The position numbers and the translations under genes are program-made. This document shows, in pieces, positions 1 to 13,810 of a stretch of 64,000 nt of DNA. Source of the stretch: Eledone cirrhosa (taxonomy: Eukaryota). Where the stretch lies: assembly GCA_964016885.1 (NCBI GenBank), contig OZ024743.1:236468001-236532000 (forward strand), read 5' to 3'. The notes below the pieces were generated by a model, which saw only the letters and a program-made list of their open reading frames with translations, was not told where the DNA came from and did not search any database. Position 1 is the stretch's first letter. Each line of letters opens with the position of its first letter.

Positions 1-3000
1 CCTATACTACAGGTTGTATATTCCTTCAGTTAATCTCCTATACTACGGGTTGTATATTCCTTCAGTCAATCTCCTATACTACAGGTTGTATGTTCCTTCA
101 GTCAATCTCCTATAATATGGATTGTATGTTCCTGCAGTCAATCTCCTATACTACTGGTTGTATGTTCCTTCAGTCAATCTCCTATACTACGGGTTGTATG
201 ATCCTTCAGTCAATCTCCTATACTACAGGTTGTATGTTCCTTCAGTCAATCTCCTATACTACAGGTTGTATGTTCCTTCAGTCAATCTCCTATACTACAG
301 GTTGTATGTTCCTTCAGTCAATCTCCTATACTACTGGTTGTATGTTCCTTCAGTCAATCTCCTATACTACGGATTGTATGTTCCTTCAGTCAATCCCCAA
401 TACTACTGGTTGTATGTTCCTTCAGTCAATCTCCTATACAACTGGTTGTATATTCCTTCAGTCAATCTCCTATACTACTGGTTGTATGTTCCTTCAGTCA
501 ATCTCCTATACTACAGGTTGTATATTCCTTCAGTCAATCTCCTATACTACAGGTTGTATGTTCCTTCAGTCAATCTCCTATACTACAGGTTGTATATTCC
601 TTCAGTCAATCTCCTATACTACATGTTGTATGTTCCTTCAGTCAATCTCATATACTACTGGTCGTATATTCCTTCAGTCAATCTCCTATACTACAGGTTG
701 TATATTCCTTCAGTCAATCTCCTATACTACAGGCTGTAAGTTCCTTCAGTCAATCTCCTATACTACTGGTTGTATATTCCTTCAGTTAATCTCCTATACT
801 ACTGGTTGTATGTTCCTTCAGTCAATCTCCTATACTACTGGTGGTATGTTCCTTCAGTCAATCTCCTATACTACTGGTTGTATATTCCTTCAGTCAATCT
901 CCTATACTACAGGTTGTATATTCCTTCAGTTAATCTCCTATACTACTGGTTGTAGGTTCCTTCAGTTAATCTCCTATACTACTGGTTGTATGTTCCTTCA
1001 GTCAATCTCCTATACTACAGGTTGAATATTCCTTCAGTCAATCTCCTATACTACTGGTTGTATGTTCCTTCAGTCAATCTCCTATACTACGGATTGTATG
1101 TTCCTTCAGTCAATCTCCTATACTACTGGTTGTATGTTCCTTCAGTCAATCTCCTATATTACGGATTGTATGTTCCTTCAGTCAATCTCCTATACTACTG
1201 GTTGTATGTTCCTTCAGTCAATCTCCTATACTACTGGTTGTATGTTCCTTCAATCGATCTCCTATACTACAGGTTGTATGTACCTTCAGTCAATCTCCTA
1301 TACTACGGGTTGTATGTTCCTTCAGTCAATCTCCTATACTACTCGTTGTATGTTCCTTCAGTCAATCTCCTATACTACGGGTTGTATGTTCCTTCAGTCA
1401 ATCTCCTATACTACGGGTTGTATGTTCCTTCAGTCAATCTCCTATACTACGGGTTGTATGTTCCTTAAGTCAATCCCCTATACTACGGGTTGTATGTTCC
1501 TTCAGTCAATCTCCTATACTACGGGTTGTATGTTCCTTCAGTCAATCTCCTATTCTACGGGTTGTATGTTCCTTCAGTCAATCTCCTATACTACAGGTTG
1601 TATGTTCCTTCAGTCAATCTCCTATACTACTGGTTGTATGTTCCTTCAGTCAATCTCCTATACTACTGGTTGTATGTTCCTTCAGTCAATCTCCTATACT
1701 ACTGGTTGTATATTCCTTCAGTCAATCTCCTATACTACAGGTTGTATGTTCCTTCAGTCAATCTCCTATACTACTGGTTGTATGTTCCTTCAGTCAATGT
1801 CCTATACTACGGATTGTATGTTCCTTCAGTCAATCCCCAATACTACTGGTTGTATGTTCCTTCAGTCAATCTCCTATACAACTGGTTGTATATTCCTTCA
1901 GTCAATCTCCTATACTACTGGTTGTATGTTCCTTCAGTCAATATCCTATACTACGGGTTGTATGTTCCTTCAGTCAATCTCCTATTATACGGGTTGTATG
2001 TTCCTTCAGTCAATCTCCTATACTACTGGTTGTATGTTCCTTCAGTCAATCTCCTATACTACGGGTTGTATGTTCCTTCAGTCAATCTCCTATACTACGG
2101 GTTGTATGTTCCTTCAGTCAATCTCCTATACTACGGGTTGTATGTTCCTTCAGTCAATCTCCTATACTACGGGTTGTATGTTCCTTAAGTCAATCCCCTA
2201 TACTACGGGTTGTATGTTCCTTCAGTCAATCTCCTATACTACGGGTTGTATGTTCCTTCAGTCAATCTCCTATTCTACGGGTTGCATGTTCCTTCAGTCA
2301 ATCTCCTATACTACAGGTTGTATGTTCCTTCAGTCAATCTCCTATACTACTGGTTGTATGTTCCTTCAGTCAATCTCCTATACTACTGGTTGTATGTTCC
2401 TTCAGTCAATCTCCTATACTACTGGTTGTATATTCCTTCAGTCAATCTCCTATACTACAGGTTGTATGTTCCTTCAGTCAATCTCCTATACTACTGGTTG
2501 TATGTTCCTTCAGTCAATGTCCTATACTACGGATTGTATGTTCCTTCAGTCAATCCCCAATACTACTGGTTGTATGTTCCTTCAGTCAATCTCCTATACA
2601 ACTGGTTGTATATTCCTTCAGTCAATCTCCTATACTACTGGTTGTATGTTCCTTCAGTCAATATCCTATACTACGGGTTGTATGTTCCTTCAGTCAATCT
2701 CCTATTATACGGGTTGTATGTTCCTTCAGTCAATCTCCTATACTACTGGTTGTATGTTCCTTCAGTCAATCTCCTATACTACGGGTTGTATGTTCCTTCA
2801 GTCAATCTCCTATACTACGGGTTGTATGTTCCTTCAGTCAATCTCCTATACTACAGGTTGTATGTTCCTTCAGTCAATCTCCTATACTACTGGTTGTATG
2901 TTCCTTCAGTCAATCTCCTATACTACAGGTTGTATGTTCCTTCAGTCAATCTCCTATACTACTGGTTGTATATTCCTTCAGTCAATCTCCTATACTACAG

Positions 3001-4660
3001 GTTGTATGTTCCTTCAGTCAATCTCCTATACTACTGGTTGTATGTTCCTTCAGTCAATCTCCTATACTACGGGTTGTATGTTCCTTCAGTCAATCTCCTA
3101 TAATACAGGTTGTATGTTCCTTCAGTCAATCCCCTATACTACTGGTTGTATATTCCTTCAGTCAATCTCCTGTACTACTGGTTGTATGTTCCTTCAGTCA
3201 ATCTCCTATACTACAGGTTGTATATTCCTTCAGTCAATCTCCTATACTACAGGTTGTATGTTCCTTCAGTCAATCTCCTATACTACAGGTTGTATATTCC
3301 TTCAGTCAATCTCCTATACTACAGGTTGTATGTTCCTTCAGTCAAACTCCTATACTACTGGTTGTATATTCCTTCAGTCAATCTCCTATACTACTGGTTG
3401 TATATTCCTTCGGTCAATCTCCTATACTACAGGTTGTATATTCCTTCAGTTAATCTCCTATACTACGGGTTGTATATTCCTTCAGTCAATCTCCTATACT
3501 ACAGGTTGTATGTTCCTTCAGTCAATCTCCTATAATATGGATTGTATGTTCCTGCAGTCAATCTCCTATACTACTGGTTGTATGTTCCTTCAGTCAATCT
3601 CCTATACTACGGGTTGTATGATCCTTCAGTCAATCTCCTATACTACAGGTTGTATGTTCCTTCAGTCAATCTCCTATACTACAGGTTGTATGTTCCTTCA
3701 GTCAATCTCCTATACTACAGGTTGTATGTTCCTTCAGTCAATCTCCTATACTACTGGTTGTATGTTCCTTCAGTCAATCTCCTATACTACGGATTGTATG
3801 TTCCTTCAGTCAATCCCCAATACTACTGGTTGTATGTTCCTTCAGTCAATCTCCTATACAACTGGTTGTATATTCCTTCAGTCAATCTCCTATACTACTG
3901 GTTGTATGTTCCTTCAGTCAATCTCCTATACTACAGGTTGTATATTCCTTCAGTCAATCTCCTATACTACAGGTTGTATGTTCCTTCAGTCAATCTCCTA
4001 TACTACAGGTTGTATATTCCTTCAGTCAATCTCCTATACTACATGTTGTATGTTCCTTCAGTCAATCTCATATACTACTGGTCGTATATTCCTTCAGTCA
4101 ATCTCCTATACTACAGGTTGTATATTCCTTCAGTCAATCTCCTATACTACAGGCTGTAAGTTCCTTCAGTCAATCTCCTATACTACTGGTTGTATATTCC
4201 TTCAGTTAATCTCCTATACTACTGGTTGTATGTTCCTTCAGTCAATCTCCTATACTACTGGTGGTATGTTCCTTCAGTCAATCTCCTATACTACTGGTTG
4301 TATATTCCTTCAGTCAATCTCCTATACTACAGGTTGTATATTCCTTCAGTTAATCTCCTATACTACTGGTTGTAGGTTCCTTCAGTTAATCTCCTATACT
4401 ACTGGTTGTATGTTCCTTCAGTCAATCTCCTATACTACAGGTTGAATATTCCTTCAGTCAATCTACTATACTACTGGTTGTATGTTCCTTCAGTCAATCT
4501 CCTATACTACGGATTGTATGTTCCTTCAGTCAATCTCCTATACTACTGGTTGTATGTTCCTTCAGTCAATCTCCTATACTACGGATTGTATGTTCCTTCA
4601 GTCAATCTCCTATACTACTGGTTGTATGTTCCTTCAGTCAATCTCCTATACTACTGGTTG
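1..4660. repeat. Higher-order duplication, offset 3420 bp (95 monomers): about 1-1240 recurs at about 3421-4660
   Basis: The same ordered rare variants recur at +3420: TATAATATGGATT, CCTGCAG, ATGATCC, GGTCGTA, GGCTGTAAG, GGTGGTA, GTAGGTT, GTTGAATA. ORFs 122..739 and 3542..4159 are identical, and TGA stops fall at 1025 and 4445. Confidence 0.93.
1381..2820. repeat. Tandem duplication of a 720-bp block (20 monomers)
   Basis: CCTTAAGTCAATCCCC occurs at about 1463 and 2183, CAATGTCC at about 1795 and 2515, and AATATCC and TATTATAC also recur at +720. Boundaries are approximate. Confidence 0.9.
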
Positions 4661-4859
4661 TATGTTCCTTCAGTCAATCTCCTATACTACGGATTGTATG
4701 TTCCTTCAGTCAATCTCCTATACTACTGGTTGTATGTTCCTTCAGTCAATCTCCTATACTACGGATTGTATATTCCTTCAGTCAATCTCCTATACTACAG
4801 GTTGTATGTTCCTTCAGTCAATCTCCTATACTACTGGTTGTATATTCCTTCAGTCAATC

Positions 4860-7800
4860 TCCTATACTACTGGTTGTATGTTCCTTCAGTCAATCTCCTA
4901 TACTACGGATTGTATGTTCCTTCAGTCAATCTCCTATACTACTGGTTGTATATTCCTACAATCAATCTCCTATACTACTGGTTGTATGTTCCTTCAGTCA
5001 ATCTCCTATACTACAGGTTGTATGTACCTTCAGTCAATCTCCTATACTACGGGTTGTATGTTCCTTCAGTCAATCTCCTATACTACTGGTTGTATGTTCC
5101 TTCAGTCAATCTCCTATACTACGGGTTGTATGTTCCTTCAGTCAATCTCCTATACTACGGGTTGTATGTTCCTTCAGTCAATCTCCTATACTACGGGTTG
5201 TAAGTTCCTTCAGTCAATCTCCTATACTACGGGTTGTATGTTCCTTTAGTCAATCTCCTATACTACTGGTTGTATGTTCCTTCAGTCAATCTCCTATACT
5301 ACTGATTGTATGTTCCTTCAGTCAATCTCCTATACTACTGGTTGTATGTTCCTTCAGTCAATCTCCTATACTACTGGTTGTATGTTCCTTCAATCAATCT
5401 CCTATACTACAGGTTGTATGTACCTTCAGTCAATCTCCTATACTACGGGTTGTATGTTCCTTCAGTCAATCTCCTATACTACTGGTTGTATGTTCCTTCA
5501 GTCAATCTCCTATACTACGGGTTGTATGTTCCTTCAGTCAATCTCCTATACTACGGGTTGTATGTTCCTTCAGTCAATCTCCTATACTACGGGTTGTATG
5601 TTCATTCAGTCAATCTCCTATACTACGGGTTGTATGTTCCTTCAGTCAATCTCCTATTATACGGGTTGTATGTTCCTTCAGTCAATCTCCTATACTACTG
5701 GTTGTATGTTCCTTCAGTCAATCTCCTATACTACGGGTTGTATGTTCCTTCAGTCAATCTCCTATACTACGGGTTGTATGTTCCTTCAGTCAATCTCCTA
5801 TACTACAGGTTGTATGTTCCTTCAGTCAATCTCCTATACTACTGGTTGTATGTTCCTTCAGTCAATCTCCTATACTACAGGTTGTATGTTCCTTCAGTCA
5901 ATCTCCTATACTACTGGTTGTATATTCCTTCAGTCAATCTCCTATACTACAGGTTGTATGTTCCTTCAGTCAATCTCCTATACTACTGATTGTATGTTCC
6001 TTCAGTCAATCTCCTATACTACGGGTTGTATGTTCCTTCAGTCAATCTCCTATACTACAGGTTGTATGTTCCTTCAGTCAATCCCCTATACTACTGGTTG
6101 TATATTCCTTCAGTCAATCCCCTATACTACTGGTTGTATATTCCTTCAGTCAATCTCCTATACTACTGGTTGTATGTTCCTTCAGTCAATCTCCTATACT
6201 ACAGGTTGTATGTTCCTTCAGTCAATCTCTTATAAAACTGGTTGTATGTTCCTTCAGTAAATCTCCTATACTACTGGTTGTATGTTGCTTCAGTCAATAT
6301 CCTATACTACTGGTTGTATGTTCCTTCAGTCAATCTCCTATAATACTGGTTGTATGTTCCTTCAGTCAATCTCCTATACTACTGGTTGTATATTCCTTCA
6401 GTTAATCTACTATACTACGTGTTGTATATTCCTTCAGTCAATCTCCTATACTACTGGTTGTATATTCCTTCAGTCAATCTCCTATACTACTGGTTGTATG
6501 TTCCTTCAGTCAATCTCCTATACTACAGGTTGTATGTACCTTCAGTCAATCTCCTATACTACTGGTTGTATGTTCCTTCAGTCAATCTCCTATACTACTG
6601 GTTGTATGTTCCTTCAGTCAATCTCCTATACTACGGGTTGTATGTACCTTCAGTCAATCTCCTATACTACGGGTTGTATGTTCCTTCAGTCAATCTCTTA
6701 TACTACTGGTTGTATGTTCCTTCAGTCAATCTCCTATACTACAGGTTGTATGTACCTTCAGTCAATCTCCTATACTACGGGTTGTATGTTCCTTCAGTCA
6801 ATCTCCTATACTACTGGTTGTATGTTCCTTCAGTCAATCTCCTATACTACGGGTTGTATGTTCCTTCAGTCAATCTCCTATACTACGGGTTGTATGTTCC
6901 TTCAGTCAATCTCCTATACTACGGGTTGTAAGTTCCTTCAGTCAATCTCCCATACTACGGGTTGTATGTTCCTTCAGTCAATCTCCTATACTACTGGTTG
7001 TATGTTCCTTCAGTCAATCTCCTATACTACGGATTGTATGTTCCTTCAGTCAATCTCCTATACTACTGGTTGTATGTTCCTTCAGTCAATCTCCTATACT
7101 ACTGGTTGTATGTTCCTTCAATCAATCTCCTATACTACAGGTTGTATGTACCTTCAGTCAATCTCCTATACTACGGGTTGTATGTTCCTTCAGTCAATCT
7201 CCTATACTACTCGTTGTATGTTCCTTCAGTCAATCTCCTATACTACGGGTTGTATGTTCCTTCAGTCAATCTCCTATACTACGGGTTGTATGTTCCTTCA
7301 GTCAATCTCCTATACTACGGGTTGTATGTTCCTTCAGTCAATCTCCTATACTACGGGTTGTATGTTCCTTCAGTCAATCTCCTATACTACGGGTTGTATG
7401 TTCCTTCAGTCAATCTCCTATTCTACGGGTTGTATGTTCCTTCAGTCAATCTCCTATACTACAGGTTGTATGTTCCTTCAGTCAATCTCCTATACTACTG
7501 GTTGTATGTTCCTTCAGTCAATCTCCTATACTACTGGTTGTATGTTCCTTCAGTCAATCTCCTATACTACTGGTTGTATATTCCTTCAGTCAATCTCCTA
7601 TACTACAGGTTGTATGTTCCTTCAGTCAATCTCCTATACTACTGGTTGTATGTTCCTTCAGTCAATCTCCTATACTACGGATTGTATGTTCCTTCAGTCA
7701 ATCCCCAATACTACTGGTTGTATGTTCCTTCAGTCAATCTCCTATACAACTGGTTGTATATTCCTTCAGTCAATCTCCTATACTACTGGTTGTATGTTCC

Positions 7801-10800
7801 TTCAGTCAATCTCCTATACTACGGGTTGTATGTTCCTTCAGTCAATCTCCTATACTACAGGTTGTATGTTCCTTCAGTCAATCCCCTATACTACTGGTTG
7901 TATATTCCTTCAGTCAATCCCCTATACTACTGGTTGTATATTCCTTCAGTCAATCTCCTATACTACAGGTTGTATGTTCCTTCAGTCAATCTCCTATACT
8001 ACAGGTTGTATGTTCCTTCAGTCAATCTCTTATAAAACTGGTTGTATGTTCCTTCAGTAAATCTCCTATACTACTGGTTGTATGTTGCTTCAGTCAATAT
8101 CCTATACTACTGGTTGTATGTTCCTTCAGTCAATCTCCTATAATACTGGTTGTATGTTCCTTCAGTCAATCTCCTATACTACTGGTTGTATATTCCTTCA
8201 GTTAATCTACTATACTACGTGTTGTATATTCCTTCAGTCAATCTCCTATACTACTGGTTGTATATTCCTTCAGTCAATCTCCTATACTACTGGTTGTATG
8301 TTCCTTCAGTCAATCTCCTATACTACAGGTTGTATGTACCTTCAGTCAATCTCCTATACTACTGGTTGTATGTTCCTTCAGTCAATCTCCTATACTACTG
8401 GTTGTATGTTCCTTCAGTCAATCTCCTATACTACGGGTTGTATGTACCTTCAGTCAATCTCCTATACTACGGGTTGTATGTTCCTTCAGTCAATCTCTTA
8501 TACTACTGGTTGTATGTTCCTTCAGTCAATCTCCTATACTACAGGTTGTATGTACCTTCAGTCAATCTCCTATACTACGGGTTGTATGTTCCTTCAGTCA
8601 ATCTCCTATACTACTGGTTGTATGTTCCTTCAGTCAATCTCCTATACTACGGGTTGTATGTTCCTTCAGTCAATCTCCTATACTACGGGTTGTATGTTCC
8701 TTCAGTCAATCTCCTATACTACGGGTTGTAAGTTCCTTCAGTCAATCTCCCATACTACGGGTTGTATGTTCCTTCAGTCAATCTCCTATACTACTGGTTG
8801 TATGTTCCTTCAGTCAATCTCCTATACTACGGATTGTATGTTCCTTCAGTCAATCTCCTATACTACTGGTTGTATGTTCCTTCAGTCAATCTCCTATACT
8901 ACTGGTTGTATGTTCCTTCAATCAATCTCCTATACTACAGGTTGTATGTACCTTCAGTCAATCTCCTATACTACGGGTTGTATGTTCCTTCAGTCAATCT
9001 CCTATACTACTCGTTGTATGTTCCTTCAGTCAATCTCCTATACTACGGGTTGTATGTTCCTTCAGTCAATCTCCTATACTACGGGTTGTATGTTCCTTCA
9101 GTCAATCTCCTATACTACGGGTTGTATGTTCCTTCAGTCAATCTCCTATACTACGGGTTGTATGTTCCTTCAGTCAATCTCCTATACTACGGGTTGTATG
9201 TTCCTTCAGTCAATCTCCTATTCTACGGGTTGTATGTTCCTTCAGTCAATCTCCTATACTACAGGTTGTATGTTCCTTCAGTCAATCTCCTATACTACTG
9301 GTTGTATGTTCCTTCAGTCAATCTCCTATACTACTGGTTGTATGTTCCTTCAGTCAATCTCCTATACTACTGGTTGTATATTCCTTCAGTCAATCTCCTA
9401 TACTACAGGTTGTATGTTCCTTCAGTCAATCTCCTATACTACTGGTTGTATGTTCCTTCAGTCAATCTCCTATACTACGGATTGTATGTTCCTTCAGTCA
9501 ATCCCCAATACTACTGGTTGTATGTTCCTTCAGTCAATCTCCTATACAACTGGTTGTATATTCCTTCAGTCAATCTCCTATACTACTGGTTGTATATTCC
9601 TTCAGTCAATCTCCTATACTACGGGTTGTATGTTCCTTCAGTCAATCTCCTATTATACGGGTTGTATGTTCCTTCAGTCAATCTCCTATACTACTGGTTG
9701 TATGTTCCTTCAGTCAATCTCCTATACTACGGGTTGTATGTTCCTTCAGTCAATCTCCTATACTACGGGTTGTATGTTCCTTCAGTCAATCTCCTATACT
9801 ACAGGTTGCATGTTCCTTCAGTCAATCTCCTATACTACTGGTTGTATGTTCCTTCAGTCAATCTCCTATACTACTGGTTGTATATTCCTTCAGTCAATCT
9901 CCTATACTACAGGTTGTATGTTCCTTCAGTCAATCTCCTATACTACTGGTTGTATGTTCCTTCAGTCAATCTCCTATACTACGGATTGTATGTTCCTTCA
10001 GTCAATCCCCAATACTACTGGTTGTATGTTCCTTCAGTCAATCTCCTATACAACTGGTTGTATATTCCTTCAGTCAATCTCCTATACTACTGGTTGTATG
10101 TTCCTTCAGTCAATCTCCTATACTACGGGTTGTATGTTCCTTCAGTCAATCTCCTATTATACGGGTTGTATGTTCCTTCAGTCAATCTCCTATACTACTG
10201 GTTGTATGTTCCTTCAGTCAATCTCCTATACTACGGGTTGTATGTTCCTTCAGTCAATCTCCTATACTACGGGTTGTATGTTCCTTCAGTCAATCTCCTA
10301 TACTACAGGTTGTATGTTCCTTCAGTCAATCTCCTATACTACTGGTTGTATGTTCCTTCAGTCAATCTCCTATACTACAGGTTGTATGTTCCTTCAGTCA
10401 ATCTCCTATACTACTGGTTGTATATTCCTTCAGTCAATCTCCTATACTACTGGTTGTATGTTCCTTCAGTCAATCTCCTATACTACGGGTTGTATGTTCC
10501 TTCAGTCAATCTCCTATACTACAGGTTGTATGTTCCTTCAGTCAATCCCCTATACTACTGGTTGTATATTCCTTCAGTCAATCCCCTATACTACTGGTTG
10601 TATATTCCTTCAGTCAATCTCCTATACTACTGGTTGTATGTTCCTTCAGTCAATCTCCTATACTACAGGTTGTATGTTCCTTCAGTCAATCTCTTATAAA
10701 ACTGGTTGTATGTTCCTTCAGTCAATCTCCTATACTACTGGTTGTATGTTGCTTCAGTCAATATCCTATACTACTGGTTGTATGTTCCTTCAGTCAATCT

Positions 10801-13800
10801 CCTATAATACTGGTTGTATGTTCCTTCAGTCAATCTCCTATACTACTGGTTGTATATTCCTTCAGTCAATCTCCTATACTACTGGTTGTATGTTCCTTCA
10901 GTCAATCTCCTATACTACGGATTGTATGTTCCTTCAGTCAATCTCCTATACTACTGGTTGTATATTCCTACAATCAATCTCCTATACTACTGGTTGTATG
11001 TTCCTTCAGTCAATCTCCTATACTACAGGTTGTATGTACCTTCAGTCAATCTCCTATACTACGGGTTGTATGTTCCTTCAGTCAATCTCCTATACTACTG
11101 GTTGTATGTTCCTTCAGTCAATCTCCTATACTACGGGTTGTATGTTCCTTCAGTCAATCTCCTATACTACGGGTTGTATGTTCCTTCAGTCAATCTCCTA
11201 TACTACGGGTTGTAAGTTCCTTCAGTCAATCTCCTATACTACGGGTTGTATGTTCCTTCAGTCAATCTCCTATACTACTGGTTGTATGTTCCTTCAGTCA
11301 ATCTCCTATACTACGGATTGTATGTTCCTTCAGTCAATCTCCTATACTACTGGTTGTATGTTCCTTCAGTCAATCTCCTATACTACTGGTTGTATGTTCC
11401 TTCAATCAATCTCCTATACTACAGGTTGTATGTACCTTCAGTCAATCTCCTATACTACGGGTTGTATGTTCCTTCAGTCAATCTCCTATACTACTGGTTG
11501 TATGTTCCTTCAGTCAATCTCCTATACTACGGGTTGTATGTTCCTTCAGTCAATCTCCTATACTACGGGTTGTATGTTCCTTCAGTCAATCTCCTATACT
11601 ACGGGTTGTATGTTCATTCAGTCAATCTCCTATACTACGGGTTGTATGTTCCTTCAGTCAATCTCCTATTATACGGGTTGTATGTTCCTTCAGTCAATCT
11701 CCTATACTACTGGCTGTATGTTCCTTCAGTCAATCTCCTATACTACGGGTTGTATGTTCCTTCAGTCAATCTCCTATACTACGGGTTGTATGTTCCTTCA
11801 GTCAATCTCCTATACTATAGGTTGTATGTTCCTTCAGTCAATCTCCTATACTACTGGTTGTATGTTCCTTCAGTCAATCTCCTATACTACAGGTTGTATG
11901 TTCCTTCAGTCAATCTCCTATACTACTGGTTGTATATTCCTTCAGTCAATCTCCTATACTACAGGTTGTATGTTCCTTCAGTCAATCTCCTATACTACTG
12001 ATTGTATGTTCCTTCAGTCAATCTCCTATACTACGGGTTGTATGTTCCTTCAGTCAATCTCCTATACTACAGGTTGTATGTTCCTTCAGTCAATCCCCTA
12101 TACTACTGGTTGTATATTCCTTCAGTCAATCCCCTATACTACTGGTTGTATATTCCTTCAGTCAATCTCCTATACTACTGGTTGTATGTTCCTTCAGTCA
12201 ATCTCCTATACTACAGGTTGTATGTTCCTTCAGTCAATCTCTTATAAAACTGGTTGTATGTTCTTTCAGTAAATCTCCTATACTACTGGTTGTATGTTGC
12301 TTCAGTCAATATCCTATACTACTGGTTGTATGTTCCTTCAGTCAATCTCCTATAATACTGGTTGTATGTTCCTTCAGTCAATCTCCTATACTACTGGTTG
12401 TATATTCCTTCAGTTAATCTACTATACTACGTGTTGTATATTCCTTCAGTCAATCTCCTATACTACTGGTTGTATATTCCTTCAGTCAATCTCCTATACT
12501 ACTGGTTGTATGTTCCTTCAGTCAATCTCCTATACTACAGGTTGTATGTACCTTCAGTCAATCTCCTATACTACTGGTTGTATGTTCCTTCAGTCAATCT
12601 CCTATACTACTGGTTGTATGTTCCTTCAGTCAATCTCCTATACTACGGGTTGTATGTACCTTCAGTCAATCTCCTATACTACGGGTTGTATGTTCCTTCA
12701 GTCAATCTCTTATACTACTGGTTGTATGTTCCTTCAGTCAATCTCCTATACTACAGGTTGTATGTACCTTCAGTCAATCTCCTATACTACGGGTTGTATG
12801 TTCCTTCAGTCAATCTCCTATACTACTGGTTGTATGTTCCTTCAGTCAATCTCCTATACTACGGGTTGTATGTTCCTTCAGTCAATCTCCTATACTACGG
12901 GTTGTATGTTCCTTCAGTCAATCTCCTATACTACGGGTTGTAAGTTCCTTCAGTCAATCTCCCATACTACGGGTTGTATGTTCCTTCAGTCAATCTCCTA
13001 TACTACTGGTTGTATGTTCCTTCAGTCAATCTCCTATACTACGGATTGTATGTTCCTTCAGTCAATCTCCTATACTACTGGTTGTATGTTCCTTCAGTCA
13101 ATCTCCTATACTACTGGTTGTATGTTCCTTCAATCAATCTCCTATACTACAGGTTGTATGTACCTTCAGTCAATCTCCTATACTACGGGTTGTATGTTCC
13201 TTCAGTCAATCTCCTATACTACTCGTTGTATGTTCCTTCAGTCAATCTCCTATACTACGGGTTGTATGTTCCTTCAGTCAATCTCCTATACTACGGGTTG
13301 TATGTTCCTTCAGTCAATCTCCTATACTACGGGTTGTATGTTCCTTCAGTCAATCTCCTATACTACGGGTTGTATGTTCCTTCAGTCAATCTCCTATACT
13401 ACGGGTTGTATGTTCCTTCAGTCAATCTCTTATTCTACGGGTTGTATGTTCCTTCAGTCAATCTCCTATACTACAGGTTGTATGTTCCTTCAGTCAATCT
13501 CCTATACTACTGGTTGTATGTTCCTTCAGTCAATCTCCTATACTACTGGTTGTATGTTCCTTCAGTCAATCTCCTATACTACTGGTTGTATATTCCTTCA
13601 GTCAATCTCCTATACTACAGGTTGTATGTTCCTTCAGTCAATCTCCTATACTACTGGTTGTATGTTCCTTCAGTCAATCTCCTATACTACGGATTGTATG
13701 TTCCTTCAGTCAATCCCCAATACTACTGGTTGTATGTTCCTTCAGTCAATCTCCTATACAACTGGTTGTATATTCCTTCAGTCAATCTCCTATACTACTG

Positions 13801-13810
13801 GTTGTATGTT
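4860..13810. repeat. Dispersed duplication, offset 6012 bp (167 monomers): about 4860-7800 recurs at about 10870-13810
   Basis: CCTACAATC at about 4955 and 10967, TTCATTCAG at about 5601 and 11613, ACTGATT stops at 5989 and 12001, TAA stops at 6260 and 12272. Confidence 0.88.
6001..9600. repeat. Tandem duplication of an 1800-bp block (50 monomers)
   Basis: Lines 6001-7800 match 7801-9600 with about 2 differences. TAA stops fall at 6260 and 8060. ORFs 6350..6931 and 8150..8731 are identical. Confidence 0.92.
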
